DNA of 64,000 nucleotides from Gekko japonicus (lineage: Eukaryota), in NCBI RefSeq assembly GCF_001447785.1, contig NW_015165838.1:906594-970593 (forward strand), in the 5' to 3' direction. The notes under the pieces were generated by a model that worked only from the letters and a program-made list of their open reading frames with translations, ran no database searches and was not told the DNA's origin. Shown here in pieces: positions 1-11,300 of this stretch. The translations under genes were made by a program, and so were the position numbers. Within the stretch, counting starts at the first letter, position 1, and the number at the start of each line of letters is the position of its first letter.

Positions 1-1790
1 TTTTTAAAAATCATATTTTGGGCGTGGAACAGGGGTCACTGGGGTGTGTGTGGGGTATTGGTGAATTTCCTGCATTGTGCAGGGGGTTGGACTAGATGAC
101 CCTGGAGGTCCCTTCCCACTCTATGAGTCTATAATTCACCCAGGCTGGCTGTGGGCACGCCAGCACCTCTGTCAGGCAGAAGCACCTGAGGTCCTCCCCC
201 TCCCCTTCACCCGACTTGGAGGCGAAGGGAAGGGAGAGGGGGGAAAGTGGATCCCAGGTGCTTCTGCCTGTGGGAGGGGCTGGTGCACACTTCCGGTGAT
301 GTCAGGGTGTGTGGCATATGCTAATAAGTTATGCTAATGAGCTCCTGCAGGTCTTTTTCTACGAAATGACCCCTGGGTAAGAGGAAATAGTGGGGGAGGG
401 GAAAATGAAACACCCTCTGCATGTTCTTGTCAATACCTGTGACCCATGATAGTTATGGAACCTCCAGAATTACAAGCTCTGAATGCCAAAAGATACCAGA
501 GACAAACAACAGGGAATGCCATCACCCTTATACCCTACTTAAGGCATCTGCTCTGCTGTTGTTGGAAACAAAATGCTGAATTAGATGAAATTCTGATTTG
601 TCCCAGAAGGGATTTTCTTTCTTCCTAAACCATTGGATTTATTTCTCAGTGAGTGCGCATAGGCTCGGTGGGCTAGTTACTGGATGTTCATTATACACTG
701 TATGATGTTTACCTTACTGTGTTTGCCAGTTCTTTCCTCTTCTTTGTCACAGTAGACTTTGGCCCAAGTTGAAAACCAGTTTTGCATTTAGTACTGTGTG
801 CAATACATCTACTCTACTAGCTACCGACTTTGGCTTTTCCACTGTGCCCTGAAACATCTCCCCCACTTTCTTATATTGAACATCCAGTTTGACGAAGATT
901 TTTTGAAGAACTCAGATGATTGCTTGCTGTTTTATAATATTTTGGTTGGTCCTCATTCATGACTTTGTGGATTCCTATACGTGACCTTAGGGGAGTTTTC
1001 TGAAACCAACACAACTACCGATAACCTCAGTCTATTTTAAATAATTTTGAATGTAGCTGTCTAAAGAGGGATGTTGTAAAACATGATTTTCAAATTGGAC
1101 TTTGCTTGGGGGGGGGCATGCTCCTTTTTCTACACCCATCAGATAATATTACCCATACTGGCTCTTTACTTTCAATCCATCTCCAGTCTATCACATTTTA
1201 ATTTTCCATTCTGCCTTGTAGGGACCTGTATCCCACTATGGCAGGAGGGATGTTTTATTAACTAGTAGCTTTTCTGCCTACAAAATGGGAATGTCAATCT
1301 ACCACTCCCCTTTGTTCCAGCTATCTTTGATGCAACCTGAAAACTGGTTATGGACTTGGCCACTGTCCAGTCCAATTAAGTCACATCCTGCATTCCATTT
1401 TAAGATGATAAGTTACAGACCTGGGACTTTCCCACAATGTCCTAAAACACCTCCTACACCTACACATTTTTGTACTGGACACCCAGCCTGAGGAAGTGTT
1501 CTGGATTTTGCAGTATTAACTTACACTGTGTATATAACACCGCTCTTGAGGCCATCTGGAAGTGCCTCCCAAAATAGAACTGTACAATAAAATCACAGTC
1601 ATACCAAAAAACAACCCAGGGGCATAACAGTGTAAAACAACATTCAGCGGTTTACAGTGATATTCATCAGACAATCCTATGGCCTGACACATAGCATCAA
1701 AACAGCTTTAAAAGATGAAACCTCTAAAAGTCTGGGTAAAAAGAAATGTTTTGGCTTGGCACTTAAAAGTCAATAACGTAGGTGCCAGGT

Positions 1791-2067
1791 GACCCTAAGG
1801 GGTAAGGCAATCCAGAGGAGTAATACCTTTATGACATTATTTTTTTTATTAATAGTTTATTGAATTTTTCACAAAGTATAATCACCTAACCTTATAATTT
1901 GACATTAAATACATAACATCGAACATAAAGACCCTAAGGGGTAAGGCAATCCAGAGGAGTAATATCTTTATGACATTATTTTTTTATTAATAGTTTATTG
2001 AATTTTTCACAAAGTATAATCACCTAACCTTATAATTTGACATTAAATACATAACATCGAACATAAA
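1791..2067 (+). repeat. Tandem duplication, 2 x ~139 bp
   Basis: 1791-1929 and 1930-2067 differ by 1 substitution and 1 T. Confidence 0.95.
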
Positions 2068-2219
2068 CAGTATACTAAGTTATCATGTAAAGGTGTAAAA
2101 CATGTACAAAGATTCAACATCTGCAAACTATGTGCAATAGAAATCAGAGTAACCAAACATCAATCTTGTGAGTATGTAATAACTTGGTGTTTCAGAGTTC
2201 CGTGTTTCTTAGAGAGATA
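1979..2219 (-). mobile_element. 5'-truncated poly(A) retroposon (L1-like 3' UTR)
   Basis: Poly(T) plus TTTATT on the + strand; TSD TTATGACATTA at 1968-1978 and 2220-2230. Confidence 0.65.
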
Positions 2220-2429
2220 TTATGACATTACTTTTTGACTCAGAAGTAAGTGTTCTGAAGTAAGTGCGCAAAGAAATGTAGCTATGCAGCTCCAACCAAT
2301 GCACATGAACTCACTCAGAATTGTTGAATTCAATGAAGCCTATTCATAAGAAAGTGAGCACAACTTTGCAGCCTCCATTGCTGCTAGCTTCCCTAGTCTA
2401 ACACCATTCTATCACCTTAATAGTGACAC

Positions 2430-2780
2430 CACAACGAATTCGCCCACTCTCTGGGCAATCACACCCACACCGCCCACAATTTCTTCCTCCTTCGCGCCAT
2501 ATTTGTCTGTCTCTTGACTCAGGAGGTGGGGTTGCAGGGAAAGCGACCAATCCGGAAGCTGTATGCAAATCACACGTCGCATGTGTTTGTTTTTGTTTCC
2601 TGTTGCCGTCGTTCTTTACTGTACGGACCAGAGTAGGAGGTGATGTGCGTTTGGGGAATGCGGAATCCTGTCTCTGTCTGCTAATGGACGAAGGCTAAAC
2701 GCTGCTTAGATGCCCATTCTAAGCGTGAGCAGACGCCACAACAAAACACATTTCTTTCGGAGTAAATACAAGGTTTGTGG
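2430..2780 (+). promoter_or_regulatory. Probable PLCXD1 promoter and non-coding first exon
   Basis: Local CpG enrichment; GC box at about 2470; CCAAT 2547-2551, ETS CCGGAAG 2552-2558 and octamer ATGCAAAT 2563-2570; candidate donor AAG|gtttgt at 2773. The coding exon at 8249 has an acceptor, so an upstream exon is needed. Confidence 0.5.
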
Positions 2781-4540
2781 GCCGCAAAATCCGAGTTTTG
2801 GGAAATCGCGTGGCTTGCTTTGAAAATGAGCAGTGACTGATTTTGGTTCCTGGCATGTACTGCTTTTGCTGTTTTCCCCCTTTATTTCTCCTGAACAGGT
2901 AATTGCTGCAGTTTTCTGCCTTTTTAGAACAGAGTAAGAAAATATTATTTGATTTGTCTCTGTGGCCGATTTTGTTTTCCTAGCTGAATGTGTGTCACGA
3001 CACACTTTTGTATGCCACAGATATTTAACTGGGGTATATTAAAATAATGATAAGGTAGAGCCGGTAACATATCCTATTTATTTGAAAGGAAGAGAGAGGG
3101 TTGTTTTTCCACGTGTTTCAGCAAGAAAAAGAGGGGAGCGTCTTGAATTCGTGAACAAGTTAGTTATGTATAGTAATAATAATATAAACTTTTTTTCTGT
3201 ACAAGGTTTTAAAAGGGGGCTCTTCTTACAGTCAGGGTAGCCTTTTGGGGTAAATGCAGTTTGGTAGAGATTTGGGGCTTACACTTATTTTTGTCAGTAT
3301 AATGTTTTTGGAGCCCTGTATGTATGAAAAAGCTTTTCTTTCTTTAAAAACTTTCTGAAACTTTCTGCCCTAAATAACTTTTCTGATGAAGAAGGCTGGG
3401 ATGGTCAATAGAGGAAATCTAGCAGAGTTTCTGAGATTGTGAAATTATGGAGATCCTTTTTTGTTTTACTGAGAACAGCAGCATTGTTAAGGCATTTGGA
3501 AACAGAAACATGGGAACAACTTGTAAGTTACACTTTCATGTGTACTCACAAGGCGTCTGTAATACATTAAGATGTAAAGTATGAATGAGATGAGGTGTGT
3601 TTCCTGCAGGTCCTCAGAGTACCAGAACTGCTTGCAGCTTCCTTGGCAGGTATCTGTTAGCTAGCAAGCAAGTGCTTGTGCCGTATAGGATGCCCTATCC
3701 TCTTAAGACCACAGCGAGACACTTAATGTGCAAGCTTTTATTTCCAAAATGTATAGATCACCTCTCCGGAGAGGTCTGATAAGATACGAAACAAATAGAA
3801 GGGAAACCATGTTAAGTAAACAGAAATAAAGATTACAGTTTGAAACTTTTAAAGTGAGTTTTAGGATCAAAATTAATTGATCCTATTTACCTGGCTGTAT
3901 TTCGGGCTGGTGTACACATTATAATGTCCTCAGGTTTGTTGGGGAAGAACTTGAGGACTTTGTATGGGAGTTTCATTCCCTTCTTAGTTTAGTTTTGCAC
4001 GCCTTACAGATAGATAGCTACATTCTGGCCTCCCGCTTTGACAAGTAGAGAGATTTCTCACAGGAATTGACAGGAATCCCAAGCATCCTTAGGTGGAAAA
4101 GAGTTCCTCTTTGAGTGGTCCAGCAGTGGCATTTCATAGAATCATAGAGTTGGAAGGGACCTCCAGGGTCATCTAGTCCAACCCCTTGCACAATGCAGGA
4201 AGTTCACAAATACCTCCCCCTCTACACCCACAGTGACTGCTGTTCCGTGCCCAGTGGTCCATGTAATAACCCTGATCTAGAAGTTCTTCTTTGCAGCAGT
4301 CAGCCTGCTAGGGCACAGGAGGACTTTCCCCAATAAACCGATGTGCATGCACGACTGAACAGATGATCGCCTGCTGGCATAAGGGTAGAGAGCACCTGGA
4401 TCCCACATCCTCACCCCTGAATCAGTATAGTCAAAGTGGATTGTACCAGTATGTGCATGCACCCAGTAAGTTCTGGATACAGGGGGATCCTCCCCCAAAC
4501 ACATCTTCTTGGGATCTAGAAGAACCATATGTCCACAGAA

Positions 4541-4760
4541 GAGAGCCAGTGTGGCATAGTGGTCAACAGTGTCAGACTAGTATCAGGAAGACCCAGGTTT
4601 GAATCCCTATTTGTGCCATGGAAAGTTGCTGGGTGACCTTGGGCCAGTCACACTCTCTCAGCCCAACCTACCTCACAGGTTTGTTGGAGAGGAGAATTAA
4701 GAAAGCTGCTTTGAGTCCCCATTGTGAAGAAAGGCGGGGTATAAATGAATTAAATAAATA
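4541..4760 (+). mobile_element. Squam3/MIR-like SINE (older copy)
   Basis: GAGCCAGTGTGGCATAGTGG head, CORE-like middle, GGCGGGGTATAAAT..AATAAATAAA tail. Confidence 0.75.
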
Positions 4761-5209
4761 ACTTTCTGTGCACACTTCATCTTTGTTGACCCCCTGAGCT
4801 GTGACTCTCTGACCCCAACACTATTGCACTGATGACTAGTGTAGGGAAAAATAGGGAAGACACTGACCTATTTAGGAAACAATAGGATCGGCATGGATGA
4901 GGGGATTTATGGAAGTAGGTCAATAAAGTGGCATCTGATACAGTTGCAGCTGTCAAGCTTTCCTGTGTTCAGGCCTGATATGGAGTCAGGAGGAGTTTGG
5001 CTTATGTGGAGTCTTACTTTGTGCTGTGCACAAAAGAATAATATATGCATGGACTGCTTTTGCTATCCTTATATAGGGATTGTCTATTAAGTTACATGCC
5101 TGAACCATGTTTATTTATATTGGTTTCTGAGAAGATCTGATCTGAACTATTCTTAAAATATATTTTGGTTTTGGAGCACTGTTTTTCCCCTTCCTTGATT
5201 TGATTAGAG

Positions 5210-5628
5210 CCCAGGTGTCAAACTCGTTTGTTACGAGGGCTGGATCTGACATAAATGTGACTTTGTTGGACCGGGCCATGTGTGCCATAAGACATAATGC
5301 CAGGTACCGGTGATATAAGCCGTATAAAGGACAGTAGCTTGTAGCTCCGAGTTGGTGCATCCTCACTGCAAGGTCCATGGGTTGGGAGGGGGTGTAGAGG
5401 AAAACCCACATGGGTGGACTGGAGAGCCAGTGACTCAGCATTGGCCAGATGCCCCCATGCTGCTTGACTGCTGCAAATGAGGTTGTTCCGCCATGCTGAA
5501 GCCACAATTGGAGTGGCTCCACCTGCTCCCCCTCCTCGAGCAGTCTTCTGTTCCCTCTCTTGCACCAGTTGCTTGTGGGCCCTGGACAGGCCAGTTCTGG
5601 CCCTCGGGACTTATGTTTGACACCCCTG
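5210..5628. mobile_element. Non-autonomous hAT (Charlie-like) DNA transposon
   Basis: Terminal inverted repeats (TIRs) ..GGTGTCAAAC / GTTTGACACCCCTG; 8-bp TSD (G/A)ATTAGAG. Confidence 0.75.
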
Positions 5629-5730
5629 AATTAGAGCATCATTTGCAGATTCCAAAATGCTCTTTATAGTTGCCTTTGGATCTGTCTGTCTTAATTTAAT
5701 TAAAAGGTGTCTTGAAAAAAGAGAGAAGGA

Positions 5731-5925
5731 GAAGAGATTGTATTTATACCCCGCCCTTCACATGGAGTCCCCGAGCGGATTATAATTCCTTTCCCTTCCC
5801 CTCCCTGCAAGAGACACCCTGTGAGGTAGGTGGGGCTGAGAGAGCTCTTCGAGAATAGCTCTGAGAGAACTGTGACTGACTCAAGGTCACCCCAGCAGCT
5901 GCATGTGGAGGAGTGGTGAATCAGT
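5731..5925 (-). mobile_element. Squam3-like SINE, 5'-truncated
   Basis: Tail and core match the other copies. Confidence 0.7.
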
Positions 5926-6810
5926 CCTCGTCCTGCTTCTGCACACCCTTCTGACTTGCCTGCTGCTCATGGCTCACAAGTGCCTCCCGCCGCTGCTTCG
6001 GTGCCTGAGGGCCCACCTGGCTACTCAGATTGCCTGATGCTGAACCAGCCCCTTTGGGGGCTTTCTGGGGTAGGCCTTTCCACTCCCCCCAGGACATGAT
6101 CCTTTTAAGAGAGGATGCTCGAGATTGAACCTGGGAAGACCAGCTGGGGCAGGGTCCAGCCAGTGTACGTGAGTTTTTTAAATTTTTATTTTAGTGCCTC
6201 CCGACTTATTCAAGGTCCCCCCCCAAATTAAAAAGAAAAATTCTGGCTATGGGCCTGCTCTAACTGCAGTTCCAACTGCAGCCCTGAAATGGTGCTCCTG
6301 GGGGAAGGAGGACCCATAGAAATTACTTGGAGGGAGTCAACCACAGGAGGGGGAGATGGTGAAGATTGCTGCTCTTCAGACAGACACTTTAGTTGGGATC
6401 TAACACTGATTCCAAACAAGTGATGTACACTTGCTCAGGACAAGAAAAATACTAATTTGATTAATCTGTCCTCATTATTTTTTTTAAAAAATAAAAATAT
6501 ATATTCAAACATTTGGTTTCCTTTCTTTCTTTAGAACATTTACATCCTGCATGTCTGTCCAGTTGGAGCTGCCGTGGTGGCTTTTCTTGTGTTTTGCCTT
6601 GGCCAAGCAGTGGGAATCAAACAAAACTAGGTTGTCTGAATGCATTGTATAAGTTACAGACAGCACAGCCACCATTTGTAGGACACTGATTTTCACGGTT
6701 ATTGACTGTCTGGTGGGCCAACAGGCTCCATCGTATTGTGTCCTTTCAGACAAACCATGCCACCCGATTTCCAAGGCTACCACAAAAGACAATTCTCATT
6801 TGGAAAAACA

Positions 6811-7088
6811 AGAAGAAGAGATTAGATTTATACCCCGCCCTTCACTACCCAAAGGAGTCTCAGAGAGGCTTACAAGCTCCTTCCCCTCCCCCTCCCCACA
6901 ACAGACACCCTGTGAGGTAGGTGGGGCTGAGAGAGCTCTTGACAGAAACTGCTCTTTTTCAAGGACAGCTCTTATCAGAACTACAGTTTGCCCACGGTCA
7001 TCCAGCCAGGTGCAAGTGGAGGAGTGGGGAATCAAACCCGGTTCTCCCAGATTAGAGTCCGTGCACTTAACCACTACACTACACCAAG
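6811..7088 (-). mobile_element. tRNA-derived SINE with L2-type tail (Squam3-like)
   Basis: On the minus strand, A box TGTAGTGGTTAAG, B box GGTTTGATTCCC and a (TCT)n tail; multiple copies in the window. Confidence 0.85.
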
Positions 7089-8251
7089 CAACAACAACTG
7101 ATTCTCTAACTTATCTATTTAAAAGAGAAGTCTGTATATAATTAGATGGCTAACCTAGTCCTATAAATTGTCTTTAGAAGCAGTGATGTGAACAATGACT
7201 GGGGCGAAGACTGTAAAGGCTGCCTGTCGCTCACTACCTAGCCTTTCCCTGTTTGCCGAACAAATTCTTAAAATGACTTCTAAACGGAAGCAATGGCACG
7301 GTGATGCATACCATTCCAGCCCCTGTAACAGCCCTTAATGATGCCATGTGTCTTTGGGGCTTAAGCATGGTGTCATACATGAATTCTGGTATTGGGGTAG
7401 GCACAAATGCTCCAGCTGGTCCCTTTTTTCCTGCACAGAGCAGGAACCTAACAGCACAGCCTCCTGTTGGATTGGGGTACACATTACTTGGGAGATCTGT
7501 GATTGAATCTCCTGTGCTGTCTTTAGCTAAGAAGCAGTCCGGGGGAGGGGGAGTGAACATAAATAAAGCTGCTTTACCCTGAGCCAGACTCTTGGTCTGT
7601 CAAAGTCAGTATTGTCTATTTTGACTAGCAGGGGCTCCATCGGGTCTCAGGTGCAGATCTTTCACATCACCTGTTATCTAACCCTTTTAATGGAGACACT
7701 GGGGATTGAGCCAGGGATCTTCGGCATGGAAAGCTGGAGCCTTGTGCCATGCCCCCTCCCCCGTGGTTGCTGGCTGAAGACTCCCCCACCCCTCCATTTC
7801 CCTGATAGAAATCATCTCTCAGAAATGCTGTTAAGGGAATAGCGACTGGGACAGGGTTAAACTCTTCCTCTCTCAGAAAATGTTGGGAGATCCACTCTTG
7901 GCTGTCCTGCACAACGTGGACCTGGGGTTCATAAGAACATAAGAGACGCCAATGTTGGATCAGGCCAAAGGCCCATCCCGTCGTCCAACACTCTCTGTCA
8001 CACAGTGGCCAAAAATACCAGTGCCATCAGGAGGTCCACCACTGGGGCCAGGACATTAGAAGCCCTCCCACTGCTGACCCCCCCCCAAGCACCAAGAAGA
8101 CAGAGCAGTTCAAATCCTGCATGCATGCAAGACAAATAAAATGCTTTTAATTGGATTTCATGGGAGCTCTTTATTATTCACATGGTGAGTCTGACATTTG
8201 CTAGCAAGTCTGAGTTTACTGGTACTCTTCATTTAGCTTATTTTCTAGAAC

Positions 8252-8381
8252 ATGCGGCGCAGGAAGAAAACGAAGAATCGTCCAAAAAAGCCCATTCCTC
8301 TGTGCCATGAACTTGCTTACTGGATGTCTCGCTTGCCAGAATGTCTCTGGACCATTCCTCTTTCCAACCTATCACTTCCAG
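8252..8381 (+). CDS. PLCXD1: PLCXD1 coding exon 1 (MRRRKKTKNRPKK...LSNLSLP-G)
   Basis: Acceptor ttttctag ends at 8248, ATG at 8252, donor G|gtatat at 8382. Confidence 0.88.
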
Positions 8382-11300
8382 GTATATAGTACTTCCTTTA
8401 AAGCAGTCTAATATTGTTTAAACATTATTTTGCACTTACTGCTTAGGAATAATTTTCTTATTGGCTTTTGGACAGTGATATAATTGGGAAATACATACGA
8501 GCAGGCCAGATTACAGAAACTTCTAGAACTAGGAATGTCATATAACTGAAATATTCCTTGCCCTCTCATTTTCATAACCAAGCTTCTCAAGTCAAAGGGT
8601 GGAAATTATCAAATCTGACAAACACTGTCACTCTTTAATGTGTAGGCAAAGGCCATAATGTTAATGCTGTGTGCAGTTCGCTAAACATGTATCAAGAAAG
8701 TAAGGCCCATTAAGGAATCCTGTCTCAAAGCAGTCAAATGGGAAGATGCACTAGAGACCACCAAAATGCCTTCTCACACTGCTCTTCACCTCAATCACCC
8801 TCTGACAAGCATTCCAACCCTGGGAGAGTGTGATGGCTCCTGTCTGTCATCCCTATCTCTAATTTTAACCACAGATACCTCTCTTTGAGACTGGGGCACT
8901 CACTGCGGCAATGAAGTAACCAACAGAAAAGGATATTTAAGAACATAAAAGAAGCCAATGTTGGATCAGGCCAGTGGCTCATCCAGTCTAACACTCTGTC
9001 ACACAGTGGCCAAAAATATCAGGTGCCATCAGGAGGTCCACCAGTTGGGCCAGTTTTTCTGCCAGATTCTTGGATTTATGACAGTGCCACTAAGCTGTTC
9101 ATTGTTGGTGGTTCAAGTTTTGACATACTGTACCACCAAATTTTCATAAACAAGGTGGCAAACATGGGTTTGAAGAGACTGTGCCAGAAGCTGTGATTGT
9201 TGGCAACGTGTGCGTGTGTGCGCACCTGTGCAAAGTTGGCTGCGACTCCACCACACTTTGCACAAGGCTGCAATTTGTATGTGGGAGGAATCCTCTGGCA
9301 GAAGCTCTGGAGAGCTTTTTTAGTTTTGTACCACTAAATTGAAAAAAAAAAGGACTATTTTCTCTGATGTCCTAGCACAGCTGCATAGTAATGCTAATTT
9401 CCTGCCCTTCCTTGCTAATTTGTGTGTTTTCTCTTTGTGATTCTCTAATTTGATTAAATTCCTGCACACTGGTCATGATCTTTGCAGTTTTTTAAAGCCT
9501 GTCCTGTGTGGATGGCACTCTGTCTTCTAAATGGATCAATCCTAAGTGATTCTTCAGTTTGGCAGTTTGCAGAAGGTCTATGTGGCTCAGCTGCTATTTT
9601 AATGTTAGGCTTCCAGAGACTGCCAAAATGGTTCTCTCCCAATCTTTGTTCACTAAAGCATTAAAGGGGGAAATGCTTTCAGAGCTTTAGGCTTCCCACC
9701 CTAGCATCTCTCTTTACATCTTGTGTCAGTTTCGTTCCACGCTAATGATCCCCCCTTTATTTTGTTTGAATGCAGCACTGAAATCCTTTTTTTTTTTTTA
9801 CACTGGAGATGTTGCCATTTGCCTCCCCTCCAATCCACCTTTCAAGTCAATACCAGGAGAGAACTAAACCTTGCACAGCTCCCTTTAAACATTCCCTCCA
9901 TTGTTTTAAATTAAAAATTTGAAAATGAGGGATAAATGGAGCTTGTACATCGATGAAGAGGGAAGGATGGTGAAAGGTGCAGAGTGGGTGAAATGACCTT
10001 GATGTGGGTGGGGGAGTGACCTTCGAAGGGCGGCAAAAGGGCAGGGAGAAATCCGAGGGAAACAAAACAAGGGAAAAATTGGCACAAAAGCACTCTTAGA
10101 AAACCTGGAGAAATGGCAACCAAAAAGTCAACTGAGTGCTGGAGGAAAACCAATGCAGAACAACCAAGAAAACCCAACGGACATGCATGGTGAAAGCGAG
10201 GGAAAACACCCATGCATAATAGGCCTCAGTCAAGGAAGCCTCAGTTTGCAAGACCTGAGGGAGACTGTTAATGATAGGACGATTTGGAGGCCATTCATTC
10301 ATAGAGTTGCCATGAGTCAGAAACAACTTGATGGCACCCCCCCCCTTCTCGGAGAGTGTACACATTACAAGGTCCTTGTGTTTGTTGGGGAAGAACCTGA
10401 GGACTTTATATCACATGTGTAATGGGAGTTTTGTGCCTCCCAGATGCATGCTACCTCTTTTCTGGCTTTGAACTTGGCATACAGGGAGAAACTGTTATTG
10501 GCTGTTTTGTAAAAATCATATTACTTGTGTGACTACATGTAAGAGTGTCTCTGTGGGTCTGTTTGAGGACACAAAATCCTTGAGTTCTCCCCCAACAAAC
10601 ATGAGGATTTTGTAATGTCTAGATTAAGCCTGATGAGAGAGTGAGAGGCCAAAAGGATGATCGGCAGAGGAGAGAGCCAGAGTGAGGAATGAAAGGACGA
10701 TTGTGAACATGGGATAGTTTACATGACTAGGAGGCACAGAAGTGAGGAATTTGTTGACAGTCTTAGTCATGTTGTAGACCTCAAGGACTTCATTCTTCTG
10801 ATTCAAAGCCTTCCTGCTCTACATCTTGAGACAGAAGCTGACAAATCGTGATTCTGGTATAAGAAGATCTCCCTTTGAACTGAACTGGTACCTGGATAAT
10901 GTCTGAATATTTGGGAAATGTTTATGCAATTTGTGTGTTTAGGCTAGGAGCATTTGAAGGGTGGACAAAAAGTTTGAATTAGTTTAATTTTAAGTTTTAT
11001 ATTGTTAGGGAGCCATGATACTATGACATACAGCCTTGATGAAACTTCAACAGTAAGCGTAAATGAATCCAAGCTGCTGGAACTTATGGACAAACATATG
11101 CACTGGATAATACATCCTATTGTTTTGAGGTGGTGCATAACACAGGTAAACAAATCTTCCATTTTTAATGTCTTATTCTGAATTGTTTAATTTACTAGAC
11201 CTGTCATATTGTGAAGCTTGTTTTTAATGGTAGCTAATGTGGTCACTCTCTAGTCGTTGCTGTAAAATGAGAAAAAGAACCAGTGCATAAAACAGAGCAC

